This document shows positions 1 to 10,114 of a stretch of 40,259 bases of DNA, one piece after another. Source of the DNA: Chloroflexi bacterium RBG_13_51_52 (GTDB taxonomy: Bacteria > Chloroflexota > Dehalococcoidia > Dehalococcoidales > RBG-16-60-22); NCBI GenBank assembly GCA_001796525.1, contig MGMT01000034.1, positions 1 through 40,259 on the forward strand, read 5' to 3'. A program made the position numbers and the translations under genes. The notes below the pieces were generated by a model, which was not told the origin of the DNA, did not search any database, and saw only the letters and a program-made list of their open reading frames with translations. How positions within the stretch are numbered: the stretch's first letter is position 1; the number at the start of each line of letters is the position of its first letter.

Positions 1-1
1 C

Positions 2-478
2 CCCAAGATGTTCCCTAAAGAGCGCCGCCCGGTGATGGCATATCTGGATAACAACCTGGCGAAAGGCAGTAACTTTTACTTAATACACTGGATAATGCCA
101 GGCTTCGGGCAGCAGCCGGAGTGGGAATTCCCATATGCCGGGCATCCGCCGCACATCCATAAAGATGCTGAACTTCTTTTCCACATCGGCACCGACCCTG
201 AAAACCCGATGGACCTGGGAGCGGAGGTGGTAATGTACCTGGGGCCGGAATTGGAAGAGCACCACATTACCCGCACCTGCTGCATCTGGATTCCTCCGAA
301 CTTCATCCACGCCCCCTGGAAACCTATAACCTGCCACCGACCGTGGATATTCATGGAGTTCAATCAAGGACCGGTACATACGGAAAAGTCCTACCGGCAA
401 ATCCTGCCTAAGGAAGCCCGAGAAAGAATGGGCTGGTCGATGTGGCAGGATGACAAGTACCCAGAGATAATGATTTGA
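2..478 (+). CDS. cupin-like protein, 5' end probably cut by the window edge (first ATG at 8)
   Basis: The reading frame is open to the window start. It has a cupin motif-1-like GHPPHIHKDAELLFHIG and a motif-2-like IWIPPNFIHAP. It is a paralog of 838..1335 and of the N-terminal half of 39251..40259, both of which carry roughly 20-35 more N-terminal residues. Confidence 0.6.
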   Translation, partial: PKMFPKERRPVMAYLDNNLAKGSNFYLIHWIMPGFGQQPEWEFPYAGHPPHIHKDAELLFHIGTDPENPMDLGAEVVMYLGPELEEHHITRTCCIWIPPNFIHAPWKPITCHRPWIFMEFNQGPVHTEKSYRQILPKEARERMGWSMWQDDKYPEIMI

Positions 479-507
479 CTAATACGCATCGGTATATAAA
501 TAGTGTA

Positions 508-735
508 ATGGAGGATAAAGTGGCTTACAAGATTGATACGAAGAAATGTCTAAAATGCGGGCTTTGCGTTACGCAAGGGTGCCCTGAAAAAGCTTTCGTA
601 GTGGATAAAAAGGTAAAAGAGGATGACGGGCTAATACTCTACACAACGAGGATAAACCCCAAGAAATGCACCGAATGCGACGAGTGCTTTTCCTTCGAAT
701 GGTGGTGTCCGGCAAAAGCCATCGTAAAGGGATAA
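508..735 (+). CDS. small 2x[4Fe-4S]-type ferredoxin-like protein
   Basis: Two Cys clusters are present: CLKCGLCVTQGCP and CTECDECFSFEWWCP. The track ORF starts at TTG 475. The in-frame ATG 508, or GTG 520 preceded by GGAGGA at 510-515, are more plausible starts. Confidence 0.65.
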   Translation: MEDKVAYKIDTKKCLKCGLCVTQGCPEKAFVVDKKVKEDDGLILYTTRINPKKCTECDECFSFEWWCPAKAIVKG

Positions 736-837
736 CACCAATCGTTGGAATTCCAGACAACCTTTGTCATAATCATATAACCCTAGTTAAATACGGACCA
801 TCATGTAATATTACTGTTCATCAGGAGGATATAGTAA

Positions 838-1335
838 ATGGCAAAAATGAAATATAGTAAATACTTTCTCCATGAGTTACCAGAGGAACAACGGAAAAAG
901 GGCTTCGGGCGGATGCCGTCAATGGTTGCCTATACCGATAACGATATTATCGAGGGCAGCAAATACTTTTCTGTAATGCTCATGGGCGAGGAAGCGACAA
1001 AAGGCCCCGGTCACGGCCCTCATATCCATCAAGACCCGGAACTGCTAGTAGCCCTCGGTACCGACCCAAGCAATCCCAGAGACCTTGGGGCGGACATGGA
1101 AATGTGCATGGGGCCGGAGATGGAGAGCCACATCATCACCGAATCCACGATGATATGGGTACCGGCAAAATTCGTCCATGCTCCTTTCCGGATACTTAAA
1201 GTACGCCGGCCTTTCCTCTTTATCCAGTGCCAGTACGCTCCCAAGCTGACCGAGACCGCCCTGAAAAAGCTGGTGTCTGAAGAACTGCGGGATAAGATGA
1301 TTTTTATTAATGCTGACGGCAAACAAAAGGAGTAG
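838..1335 (+). CDS. cupin-like protein (paralog of 2..478)
   Basis: AGGAGG lies about 10 nt upstream of the ATG. The segment GHGPHIHQDPELLVALGTDPSNPRDLGADMEMCMGPEMESHII aligns residue by residue with the first ORF, and VPAKFVHAP is cupin motif-2-like. Confidence 0.7.
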   Translation: MAKMKYSKYFLHELPEEQRKKGFGRMPSMVAYTDNDIIEGSKYFSVMLMGEEATKGPGHGPHIHQDPELLVALGTDPSNPRDLGADMEMCMGPEMESHIITESTMIWVPAKFVHAPFRILKVRRPFLFIQCQYAPKLTETALKKLVSEELRDKMIFINADGKQKE

Positions 1336-1493
1336 ATCCGGTAATTTTAACTCCTATTCTATTGATTTTATGTCAGCCTCCGTGATACTATACCAGAAAG
1401 GGAAAATATATTAATTGCCAGTTTCATTTCTGCTAATATTCGAAAAGAATATGAAATCGGCTGGTCGATAGGCAAAGCTAAAAGGAGGCAAAT

Positions 1494-1931
1494 ATGGATT
1501 TCACGGTCGAGAATGTTACTGCCGGAATTATCGGACTAGGAGTTTTGGTTCTAATCGGGGTACTCGTGGTTGCCTGGTACTATTTAAGAGGCATTCATAA
1601 AGGATTTAAGTCTCTGGAACAAGATACCAAAGTCTTCAGTGACAGCGCGAAAAGCTTGAGTCTGGATATAAAATCTCTGACGTTGAGTTTAAGCGCCCTC
1701 GGTCAGGACATTAGAAATATGAACCAGTATTCAGCCTCACTTAGCCAGGATTTAAAAGGACTCAACCAGAATATCGATAATTTGGGAACCAATATCGAAA
1801 AATTAGGGGGCAGTGTTTCCGGTCTGATTGAAAGCCAGAATAAAACAACGGAAGCGGTCCAGAAGGTAGAGCAAAAGCAGGAAGACGAAGTGAAATCAAT
1901 CGAACGCATATCCAAGCATTTTACAGAATAA
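1494..1931 (+). CDS. membrane-anchored coiled-coil protein (DUF948-like architecture)
   Basis: AAGGAGG RBS. It has an N-terminal TM helix (AGIIGLGVLVLIGVLVVAWYY), followed by roughly 11-residue periodic S/L/Q/N-rich repeats (SLSLDIKSLTL, SLSALGQDIRN, LKGLNQNIDNL ...). Confidence 0.6.
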   Translation: MDFTVENVTAGIIGLGVLVLIGVLVVAWYYLRGIHKGFKSLEQDTKVFSDSAKSLSLDIKSLTLSLSALGQDIRNMNQYSASLSQDLKGLNQNIDNLGTNIEKLGGSVSGLIESQNKTTEAVQKVEQKQEDEVKSIERISKHFTE

Positions 1932-1983
1932 AACCGGAAAATTGCACCATAAATAATAAAAGCAAATATTTAAAACAGCTAGT

Positions 1984-2029
1984 GGGAAGTGACAATAGTA
2001 ATGCATAGTGCACTTCCCTTCTTTTTACC
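1984..2029 (+). terminator. candidate rho-independent terminator after 1494..1931
   Basis: The stem pairs GGGAAGTG (1984-1991) with CACTTCCC (2011-2018), followed by TTCTTTTT. The loop is long (19 nt). Confidence 0.5.
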
Positions 2030-2121
2030 AACAGTAATGAACAAAGCCACTTGCTAAAACGCATGATATCAAGGTATACTTAATAGGTCTATTTTATATT
2101 TTCGGTTGGGAGGAGGACCCC

Positions 2122-2334
2122 ATGGAACAGTTCAATTTTCCTAAATGTCAGAAATGCAGCACCGGTGACCTCGTGCCATTATCCGATTTCGGCAGTCAGG
2201 GAGCATCCATTCAATTTAAAGCCTGGGTTTGTACCAATCCTGATTGCGGTTTCAATCTAAAAATCAGGAACGGTGATGTCTATAGAGATGAGCCTATAAT
2301 GAGCGGCACTCTGCACAACTCACGCGCTCGCTGA
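2122..2334 (+). CDS. small zinc-ribbon protein
   Basis: GGGAGGAGG RBS. It has two Cys pairs: CQKC ... CTNPDC. Confidence 0.55.
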   Translation: MEQFNFPKCQKCSTGDLVPLSDFGSQGASIQFKAWVCTNPDCGFNLKIRNGDVYRDEPIMSGTLHNSRAR

Positions 2335-2370
2335 AATAAAGCAAGTTGCAATAGTAATTAATAATTACGG

Positions 2371-3081
2371 ATGGCAGATGTGCTTCCTCCAATAACCAAG
2401 CTGAAGAGGGTAGCACTTGATTTACTCTTCCCACCATGGTGTATCGGCTGTGGCAGGGAAGGCAAATATATTTGCAGCTCCTGTCAACAACAATTGCCGC
2501 TGATTTCCCCCCCGATTTGCTTAAAGTGCGGACGCCCGCTGACTATTGATAATACGTGCCCCGGATGTATTGAAGGTCCGATAGAGATAGACGGCATCCG
2601 TTCACCGTTTTTATTCCAGGGCATGATACGCAAGGCTATTCATGAGCTTAAATATCGTAATCTTAAAGCAATAACGCCTCTATTAGCCAGTTTCCTTTAC
2701 AGTTACCTTAAAGATAATCCCCTTCCTGGTAATACACTGGTGCCAGTGCCGATACATAAAAAACGACTAAATGAGCGTGGTTTCAATCAATCTTCACTAT
2801 TATCCCGTGAACTGGGTCGAATGAGTAGACTGCCTGTGATTGAAGACTGCCTGAAGCGACAAACTCATACACCGCCACAGGTAAGAACATCAAGCGCCGC
2901 AGAGCGGCGGAAAAATATTGCCGATGCCTTCACCTGCATCAACAAGCAGCTGGAAGGCAAACAGGTAATATTAATCGATGATGTTTCAACCTCCGGAGCT
3001 ACCCTGAACACCTGCGCCGGAGTGCTAAAGACCGCTGGCGCTGCCAGTGTCTGGGGTCTAGTGTTAGCTCTGGAAATTTAG
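2371..3081 (+). CDS. comF: ComF-family phosphoribosyltransferase-domain protein
   Basis: The N-terminus has double zinc-finger Cys pairs (CIGCG, CSSC, CLKCG, CPGC). The C-terminus has the PRTase motif VILIDDVSTSGATL. Confidence 0.85.
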   Translation: MADVLPPITKLKRVALDLLFPPWCIGCGREGKYICSSCQQQLPLISPPICLKCGRPLTIDNTCPGCIEGPIEIDGIRSPFLFQGMIRKAIHELKYRNLKAITPLLASFLYSYLKDNPLPGNTLVPVPIHKKRLNERGFNQSSLLSRELGRMSRLPVIEDCLKRQTHTPPQVRTSSAAERRKNIADAFTCINKQLEGKQVILIDDVSTSGATLNTCAGVLKTAGAASVWGLVLALEI

Positions 3082-3124
3082 AGAATAAACATAGAAAATA
3101 GGATACTTACAGGAGCGTGGCAAG

Positions 3125-3673
3125 ATGGAGTTACAAATTACCGGGAACAATACGGAAATAAAACCGGACACTCACATCTATATCGAGCGTAAATTCAATA
3201 AACTCAAGAAGCACCTGCCCGAGATTTTAGACATCAAGATAGAAATATCCGAGGAAGATACAAAGTCGAAAGACCAACGCTTCTTGATGAGAGCTACTGT
3301 CAACAGCGGTGTGGGCAGGTCGCTGTTTCACGCTGAAGAAAGAGCCGAAGACCAGTTCAAAGCTACTGATAAAGTAGCTGCTATCCTCACGCGGCAACTG
3401 GAAAAGCACAAAGGCAAGCTTTATGACCGGGGGAGGGGTAATCCGCTTGCCCGAGGCAAGTTCAATCAGCAGGAAACAGAAAAGACTACGAGGAAGGTAG
3501 TCAAGACCAAACGTTTCGTCATTGAACCGATGGAACTGGAAGAAGCCATTTCACAGATGGAGCAACTCGGTCACGACTTTTTCCTGTTTTACGATGCCGA
3601 CGCCAGTGATATACGTCTTCTTTATCGGCGTAAAGACGGCGATTACGGACTCATCGAGCCGGAATTCAAATAA
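3125..3673 (+). CDS. hpf: ribosome hibernation promoting factor (long form)
   Basis: It has an S30AE-type N-terminal domain and the long-HPF C-terminal dimerisation motif KRFVIEPMELEEAISQMEQLGHDFFLFYD...RRKDGDYGLIEPE. Confidence 0.9.
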   Translation: MELQITGNNTEIKPDTHIYIERKFNKLKKHLPEILDIKIEISEEDTKSKDQRFLMRATVNSGVGRSLFHAEERAEDQFKATDKVAAILTRQLEKHKGKLYDRGRGNPLARGKFNQQETEKTTRKVVKTKRFVIEPMELEEAISQMEQLGHDFFLFYDADASDIRLLYRRKDGDYGLIEPEFK

Positions 3674-4191
3674 TGCGGCAGCAGTTATATTATGTCATCT
3701 TTAATACAGCAGCGGGCTGGGTGGGGATATTGGGGTCATCAGGCGGAGTGCGACGTACTACCCTGCCGTATCCATCACAAAAACAAGCGCTTGCCTCGCT
3801 TGGAATTGATACCGCCCAAGCGATTCTTTCAAAAAATAATTTTAGAGACCTGATACAACGATTCCAGCTTTACTTCACCGGTCGCCGCGTAAATTTCCCG
3901 GATAAACTTGATTTGAATAAAGCTACGGATTTTCAACGCAATGTCTGGGAGGCAACACGACAAATCCCCTACGGACAGACAAGAAGCTATGCCTGGGTAG
4001 CCCAATATTCGGGTAAACCGGGTGCGGCCCAAGCGGTGGGACAGGCCCTTGCAAAAAATACGCTGCCGATAATCATACCGTGTCACCGGGTGCTTAAAAG
4101 CGATGATAAATTGGGGGGATTTAGCGGGGGGCTGGAAATGAAAAAACGCCTGCTTGTGCTGGAAAATGTGGGGTTAGATAAGCTTTTATAA
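3673..4191 (+). CDS. ogt: methylated-DNA--protein-cysteine methyltransferase
   Basis: The active-site motif IIPCHRVL is present, with YGQTRSYAWVA...GKPGAAQAVGQAL upstream. The start codon overlaps the hpf stop (TAATG). Confidence 0.9.
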   Translation: MRQQLYYVIFNTAAGWVGILGSSGGVRRTTLPYPSQKQALASLGIDTAQAILSKNNFRDLIQRFQLYFTGRRVNFPDKLDLNKATDFQRNVWEATRQIPYGQTRSYAWVAQYSGKPGAAQAVGQALAKNTLPIIIPCHRVLKSDDKLGGFSGGLEMKKRLLVLENVGLDKLL

Positions 4192-4195
4192 CAGC

Positions 4196-4990
4196 CTAGT
4201 ATTTCTTATCACCGGAAATGTTAGTTTTGTAGAATCTTTTTCTGGCTTCAGCGGTACCCCTTAACATCTGGTTCAGAAAATCTGTCTCGTATTCCTCAAT
4301 TAAGCCTTCTCCGGCAAAGCTAAAATATTTATTCTCCCCGATAATAATATGGTCGAGCACCTTAAGGCGCATAATTCTGCCGGCATAGACTAGTTCACGG
4401 GTTAAACCTTTATCGCTGGAACTTGGTTCAACAGCTCCCGAGGGATGGTTATGAACGAAAATCAGGGCGGCTGCATTACTTTTAATAGCTCCCTCGATAA
4501 TTTCGCGGGAGGATACAGAACTGCTATTGATGGTCCCTTCCGAAAGGTTTACGGTATTAATTATCTGATTCTGGCTGCTTAAGTAGATAACCTTAAAGAC
4601 CTCTTTTTTCAGACCGCGCATGGAATGGTAGAGATAATCGAAAACCTCCTGTGAAGAGCGGTAAAAAGGTTTCTCCAGCATTTTTGAATGCAGGAACTCG
4701 CGGGCAACCTCTTGCACCAGCTTGATACCGAACGTACTATGGGCGCCAATCCCTTTTATCTGCTGCAGTTCTTCAGCCGGGGCTTCCAGAACGCCGCGTA
4801 GCGTCTGAAACCTCTTGATAGCTTCCTTGGCTGACTGCTTGCAGTCTTTACGCGGCGTGCCCAGGCTAAACAGCAGTTCCACGATTTCATAGTCGTGGAA
4901 GCCGCTTAATCCGGACTTCAGAAATTTTTCTCGCAGTCTTTTCCGGTGCCCTTGATAGGTATCCGGTGACAGTCTCTCTGCTTTTTCCAT
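4196..4990 (-). CDS. radC: RadC-family JAMM-motif protein
   Basis: It has an HhH-like N-terminal region (DYEIVELLFSLGTPRKD) and the JAMM motif HNHPSG. Confidence 0.9.
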   Translation of the reverse strand: MEKAERLSPDTYQGHRKRLREKFLKSGLSGFHDYEIVELLFSLGTPRKDCKQSAKEAIKRFQTLRGVLEAPAEELQQIKGIGAHSTFGIKLVQEVAREFLHSKMLEKPFYRSSQEVFDYLYHSMRGLKKEVFKVIYLSSQNQIINTVNLSEGTINSSSVSSREIIEGAIKSNAAALIFVHNHPSGAVEPSSSDKGLTRELVYAGRIMRLKVLDHIIIGENKYFSFAGEGLIEEYETDFLNQMLRGTAEARKRFYKTNISGDKKY

Positions 4991-5057
4991 TTTTTTACTC
5001 TTTTATATTCGACCGTATTGTAGCATTAAAAATGATACATTTCCAGAGGATTATTTA

Positions 5058-5066
5058 TGTTATAAT
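5058..5066 (+). promoter_or_regulatory. extended -10 promoter element (TGTTATAAT) for 5107..5325
   Basis: A perfect TGnTATAAT lies 41 nt upstream of the ATG, and AAGGAG lies at 5096-5101. The -35 is poor. Confidence 0.4.
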
Positions 5067-5106
5067 GAGCATTAAAGCAGATTGAAGTTATATAAAAGGA
5101 GACTAT

Positions 5107-5325
5107 ATGGCCGATAAGGTTACCGACAGAAATCCAATTTTTAGCAAACCACTCCCAGAGATCCTAGACGATATACAAGACGCTGCCGCAGACGCCCGGA
5201 GAGCTGCCGAAGACGCTAGAAATGCTGGTGAACAAGCCGCCGAAGAAGTCATGAAGCGATTACGCAAGTTGTTCTTGAAAATGGCTAAAGATATTACGGA
5301 AGCGCTGGACGAGCCGAAAAAATAA
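5107..5325 (+). CDS. small Ala/Glu-rich helical hypothetical protein
   Basis: The ORF has a good RBS. No family was recognised. Confidence 0.5.
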   Translation: MADKVTDRNPIFSKPLPEILDDIQDAAADARRAAEDARNAGEQAAEEVMKRLRKLFLKMAKDITEALDEPKK

Positions 5326-5352
5326 CCGTCAAGCTTTCCGGGAACTGTGTCC

Positions 5353-6471
5353 TTATTTTAAACCCAACTCACGGTTCATCTGGATAAGACGGATGATATC
5401 AGCGCGGCTCAAAAGCCCGCCGCATTTTCCCTGGTCAATAATAAGCACCTGGTTGATATCGTTTTTGGCAATCATCGCCAGTGCCGCGTGCAAATTATCT
5501 TCCGGAGATACCGTGTATAGCGGTTCGACGGTCATTATCTGACTTACGGGAGTGACCGTCCACTTATCCTGCGATATTTTTTTTACATCGGTAATAGTAG
5601 CAATACCGACAAGCTGACCGTCCCGACAGACAGGGACTGCCCTGCCCTGTTGTTTTCGGAAGATATCCCTGACCAATTCGCCTACCGTTGCCTCGGGCGA
5701 TATGGTACTGATATCGGGTTTCATCAATTCTCTTACCTTAACGTGACTCAATCGTTCCCGCAGCGTGATTTCCTTGCGACTGGCATCGGCGGAGCTATTG
5801 AGAAACCATCCGATAAACGCTATCCACAGACCGCTCACGAAGCTGACGGATATCATCAGGAAAAGCCCCAGCCCGATAAAAATCCATCCGAAGATTTGCC
5901 CCACCATCCCGGCAATATCGGTCGCTCGGGCTAGATTGCCCGTCGAGCCCCAGATGATAGAACGCAGCACACGTCCTCCATCCAGAGGAAATCCGGGCAA
6001 TAGATTAAAGATGCCCAGATACATATTGATGATAGCCATGTAACTCAATATAGCTGCGAGCGGGGTGGTAGCATCTCCGGGCAGCCTGGAGAGTCCCCAG
6101 AAAATAACCGCTATCACAAGACTGGTCGTAGGTCCCACGATAGCCATCGCAAACTCTGCGGCCGGCTTTTGCGGCTCTTCTTCCAGATTGCTGGCGCCGC
6201 CGAGAAGAAAAAGCGTAATGCTGTGAACCGGAATACCCCTAGCATTAGCGACTAGCGAATGAGCCAGTTCGTGTAACAAAACCGAAACGAAAATGAGCAG
6301 CGCTGCGATGATACCCGTTAGCCAGTAGGCAGCTGTGCTCCAGCCGGGGTATGACACCGGGAAATAAACCATAGCCAGCGTCCAGCTGAAGAATATTAAC
6401 GCAAATATCCAGGTATAATGGATGCCGATGGTTATCCCGGCAATACGGAAAAGTTTAAACGATGCTTTCAT
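5353..6471 (-). CDS. M50 site-2 protease-family zinc metalloprotease with C-terminal CBS pair
   Basis: The protein is polytopic and has HELAHS (HExxH) and the LPGFPLDGGRV motif. The C-terminus has CBS-like repeats (VRELM...VPVC, IMTVEP...LIID). Confidence 0.9.
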   Translation of the reverse strand: MKASFKLFRIAGITIGIHYTWIFALIFFSWTLAMVYFPVSYPGWSTAAYWLTGIIAALLIFVSVLLHELAHSLVANARGIPVHSITLFLLGGASNLEEEPQKPAAEFAMAIVGPTTSLVIAVIFWGLSRLPGDATTPLAAILSYMAIINMYLGIFNLLPGFPLDGGRVLRSIIWGSTGNLARATDIAGMVGQIFGWIFIGLGLFLMISVSFVSGLWIAFIGWFLNSSADASRKEITLRERLSHVKVRELMKPDISTISPEATVGELVRDIFRKQQGRAVPVCRDGQLVGIATITDVKKISQDKWTVTPVSQIMTVEPLYTVSPEDNLHAALAMIAKNDINQVLIIDQGKCGGLLSRADIIRLIQMNRELGLK

Positions 6472-6503
6472 AGTGATATTCCTAATTCAATTCCAGTATA
6501 TCA

Positions 6504-9500
6504 CTAAAGCCTTTCAACTTTAAGCCCCGCCTCTCCCACCAAATCGACCAGACGCTGCTCAAGCTCGGGACAACAGCCGGTCTGCAGACCGGGCATCTTG
6601 AGTGGAACAGCACCGCTTCCGTTGATTACATTCAACTGCACTTCATCATGGCCGATGTAAGTTTTCAGGATAGAAACGATTTTACCCAGTAGCGCTATAT
6701 CTGCTCCTTCGTCATCAGTCTGCTTGATATTAATGTGCAAGAGATGTCTGGCAGCAGGTGCGTCAACCGGATTCTCCACCGAGACATCCTGCTTTACAGG
6801 TACCGTCCTGGTGACCGGCTCTTCCCCTTCCTGGGGGGGCTGGTAAAGACGAACGCTATCACAGCTTATCTGTGCCCTTTCCTCACGTACCCTTACCCTG
6901 CCCTGGATAATAAGCTCGTTGCCTTCCTTCCAGAGTTCATCAGTATCAGCATAGACCTTGGGCCAAACCATTACCTCTACCTGCCCGCTGAAATCTTCAA
7001 GAATAGCATTAGCAAAAGAACGCCCGTCCTTGGTCAGGAGATACCGCGCCAGAACGACTCTGCCGGCTAACACCACAGTTTGTCCATCGAGTTCCACATT
7101 GATTTCTTCACAGAATTTGGTGTTGGGGGTGGCGTTACTGAAAACAGGACTGAAAGGTTTTTCCGAGAAGCTGACACCCAGCAGTTCTTTCTCCCAGAAG
7201 GCTTTCTCTCTATCGGTAACTTCCGATGGCGCAAGTTCCAACTCGGGAAGGGGCACTGGGGTCGATTCTCCGAAAAGGTCGAACATCGTGGTCTGCCCCG
7301 TTTCGCGGAGTCGTTGCTCGCGCTGTGCCAAGGCTAAAATACGGGCGACACTATTGAGGAGAGTCCCCCGATTTCCCAAGCAGTCTAGAGCACCGGCTTT
7401 TATCAGGCTTTCCATGACCCGCCGGTTAACTGCCTGCAGGTTGGCGCGACGGCAAAGGTCTTCGACCGATTTAAATACTCCGTTTTTATTACGTTCGTTG
7501 ACTAAGGGCTCAATCGCCCCGGGACCAACGTTTTTGACAGCGCCGAGTCCAAAGCGAATAGATGGTTGCTCGGCACCGTTTTCTTCTATGGAAAAATCCA
7601 GTTGACTATTGTTAATGTCCGGAGGCAAAACATTGATATTAAGTCGGCGGCATTCTGATATCGCGCTGGCGGTCTTTTCCAGTTCCCCGACATGGATGGT
7701 TAAAAAGGCATTGATATATTCTGCTGTGTAATTGGCCTTGAGATATGCCGTCTGGTAAGCAATCAAGGCATAGCACCAGGCATGTGCCTTATTAAACGCA
7801 TAGCCGGTAAAAGGCTCAATTAGGGCAAAGACCTCTTCCGCCAGCTCAGAGGTAAACTCCTTCTTTTTAGCGCCGCTGATAAAGGCACGTTTTTCCTTCT
7901 TCATAGTTTCAGCAATCTTTTTGCCCATTGCCTTGCGGAAAATATCCGCCTGTCCCAGGCTGTAGCCGGCGAACTCCTGGACAATCAGCAGCACCTGCTC
8001 CTGATAAACGATAACGCCGTAAGTCTCTTTAAGGATATTTTCCAGGGCGGGGTGGGGATATCGTATCGGCTGGCGGCCGTGTTTAGCATCGATAAAGCGG
8101 GGAATGTGCTCCATAGGCCCGGGGCGGTAAAGCGCTACCATAGCGGCGATATCGCTGAAGACGGAAGGTTTGAGTTCCTTAATATAGCGCCGCATGCCGG
8201 AGCCTTCCAGCTGAAAGACACCCGCTGTTTCACCAGATGCCAGCAAATCATAGGTCTTTTTGTCATCCATCGGCAGCTTATACAAATCGATATCGATGCC
8301 GTGTTTTTCTTTGATAATGTCCCTCGCTTTACCGAGAATAGTCAGATTAGCCAAGCCGAGGAAGTCCATCTTGAGCAACCCGATGCGGGCGATATCATTC
8401 ATGGAAAACTGGGTCATGACAGCTTCCTGATTATCCGTTTTAGCAGAACGCTGGAGCGGAACATATTTTGTCAGTGGTTCCTTGGAGATAACGACGCCCG
8501 CCGCATGAGTACTGGCATGTCGGGACACTCCCTCTACCCGTCGCGCTGTATTAACCAGATTACGGACGATTTCGTCTTCCTGATAAATACTTTTAAGCTC
8601 ATGGTTCTCGTCCATCGCTCTTGTTAGGGTCATGCCGGGCATACCGGGCACCAGTCGCGCCACCCGGTCGACATCACCGTAGGGCATGCCCAAAGCCCTG
8701 CCGACATCGCGGATAGCCGCCCTGGCTCCAAGCGTACCGAAGGTAATAATCTGAGCGACGTGGTCCTGGCCATACTTCTGCGTGACATAGCCGATAACCT
8801 CATCACGGCGGTCGTCCTGAAAGTCCATATCGACGTCCGGCATTTCTTTGCGTTCGATGTTAAGGAAGCGTTCGAATATCATGCCGTGTTCCAGAGGGTC
8901 TAGAGGAGTTATGCCGAGACAGTGTAAAACGATACTGGAAGCGGCGCTGCCCCGCACCCCGAAAAGAATATTCCGCCTCTTGGCGAAAGAAATGATATCC
9001 CATACAACCAGAATATAGTTGGCGAAATTGGTCGTCCGTATGACATCAAGTTCATATTCGAGGCGTTTTTTAATTTCCGGGGTGGGGTCGGGGTAATATT
9101 GCTGTAAATTTTCGTAACAGAGGTCGGACAGGAACTTATCGGCGGTCTTGCCCTCGGGGATACCGATTTCCGGCAGGTGCAGCCGCCCGAACTCCATCTC
9201 CAGGTCGCACATTGCCGCGATACGCTCGGTATTTTCCAACGCCTGCGGAATATCTTTGTAAAGCTCCGCCATTTCTTCCGGGCTTTTAAGGTAGAAAAAA
9301 TCACCCGCCATTTTCATGCGTTTTTCATCGTGGATAGTCGTGTTCGTGCCGATGCAGAGCAAAATAGCGTGTGCGGAGGCGTCTTCCTTTTTTACGTAAT
9401 GGGTATCGTTGGTAGCAACGATAGGTATATTTAGCTCTTTACCCATCTCAACCAGATACTTATTTGCGGCTTCCAGCTCCGGAATGGGGTGCCTCATGAT

Positions 9501-10007
9501 TTCCAGGTAAAAATCCCCGAAAGTCTGTTGATACCATAAGGCAACTTGTTTCGCTTCGGCGTAACGTCCATTCAGTATCAACTGGCTAAGCTCACCGGAG
9601 TTGCAAGCACTAAGGGCAATAAGTCCTTCATGATACTGCTCCAGAAGCTCTTTATCCACCCTGGGTCTATAGTAAAATCCTTCCAGATGTGCCTTGGTGG
9701 TGAGCTGAATCAGATTTTGATAACCGGTCTGGTTTTTAGCAAGGAGAACAAGGTGATAGTTGTTCCTATCACCGGTATTTTTGCTGAAGCGACTGCCCGG
9801 GGCTATATAAATTTCACAGCCGATAATCGGCTTGATGCCGGCTTCTTTGGCTGTCTGGTAGAACTCGATAGCACCGTGCATTACACCGTGGTCGGTTATC
9901 GCCAGGCAATCCATGCCGAGTTCTTTAGCGCGGGCGACCAGCTTGGGAATAGAGCACATCCCATCAAGCAGGCTATATTCGGTATGAACGTGGAGATGAG
10001 TAAACAT
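6504..10007 (-). CDS. dnaE: DNA polymerase III alpha subunit
   Basis: It is 1167 aa, with a PHP domain start (HLHVHTEYSLLDG), palm/fingers motifs (FLGLANLT, GVFQLEG) and an OB-fold region at the C-terminus. Confidence 0.97.
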   Translation of the reverse strand: MFTHLHVHTEYSLLDGMCSIPKLVARAKELGMDCLAITDHGVMHGAIEFYQTAKEAGIKPIIGCEIYIAPGSRFSKNTGDRNNYHLVLLAKNQTGYQNLIQLTTKAHLEGFYYRPRVDKELLEQYHEGLIALSACNSGELSQLILNGRYAEAKQVALWYQQTFGDFYLEIMRHPIPELEAANKYLVEMGKELNIPIVATNDTHYVKKEDASAHAILLCIGTNTTIHDEKRMKMAGDFFYLKSPEEMAELYKDIPQALENTERIAAMCDLEMEFGRLHLPEIGIPEGKTADKFLSDLCYENLQQYYPDPTPEIKKRLEYELDVIRTTNFANYILVVWDIISFAKRRNILFGVRGSAASSIVLHCLGITPLDPLEHGMIFERFLNIERKEMPDVDMDFQDDRRDEVIGYVTQKYGQDHVAQIITFGTLGARAAIRDVGRALGMPYGDVDRVARLVPGMPGMTLTRAMDENHELKSIYQEDEIVRNLVNTARRVEGVSRHASTHAAGVVISKEPLTKYVPLQRSAKTDNQEAVMTQFSMNDIARIGLLKMDFLGLANLTILGKARDIIKEKHGIDIDLYKLPMDDKKTYDLLASGETAGVFQLEGSGMRRYIKELKPSVFSDIAAMVALYRPGPMEHIPRFIDAKHGRQPIRYPHPALENILKETYGVIVYQEQVLLIVQEFAGYSLGQADIFRKAMGKKIAETMKKEKRAFISGAKKKEFTSELAEEVFALIEPFTGYAFNKAHAWCYALIAYQTAYLKANYTAEYINAFLTIHVGELEKTASAISECRRLNINVLPPDINNSQLDFSIEENGAEQPSIRFGLGAVKNVGPGAIEPLVNERNKNGVFKSVEDLCRRANLQAVNRRVMESLIKAGALDCLGNRGTLLNSVARILALAQREQRLRETGQTTMFDLFGESTPVPLPELELAPSEVTDREKAFWEKELLGVSFSEKPFSPVFSNATPNTKFCEEINVELDGQTVVLAGRVVLARYLLTKDGRSFANAILEDFSGQVEVMVWPKVYADTDELWKEGNELIIQGRVRVREERAQISCDSVRLYQPPQEGEEPVTRTVPVKQDVSVENPVDAPAARHLLHINIKQTDDEGADIALLGKIVSILKTYIGHDEVQLNVINGSGAVPLKMPGLQTGCCPELEQRLVDLVGEAGLKVERL

Positions 10008-10114
10008 GATACCCCTAGAGAAAGGTTTAAATTATTAATTATTATAGCACAGGGCGGGTTTTTTGGAGTATTATTAAGAGACTTAAGGCTAACATATTCG
10101 ACTATGATTTTAAA

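Noticed and set aside
475-507. TTG start at 475 for the ferredoxin ORF, overlapping the stop of the upstream cupin
   Set aside because: The N-terminal extension (MTNTHRYINSV) has no RBS. A GGAGGA lies immediately upstream of in-frame GTG 520, just after ATG 508. A shorter product therefore fits typical mini-ferredoxins better.
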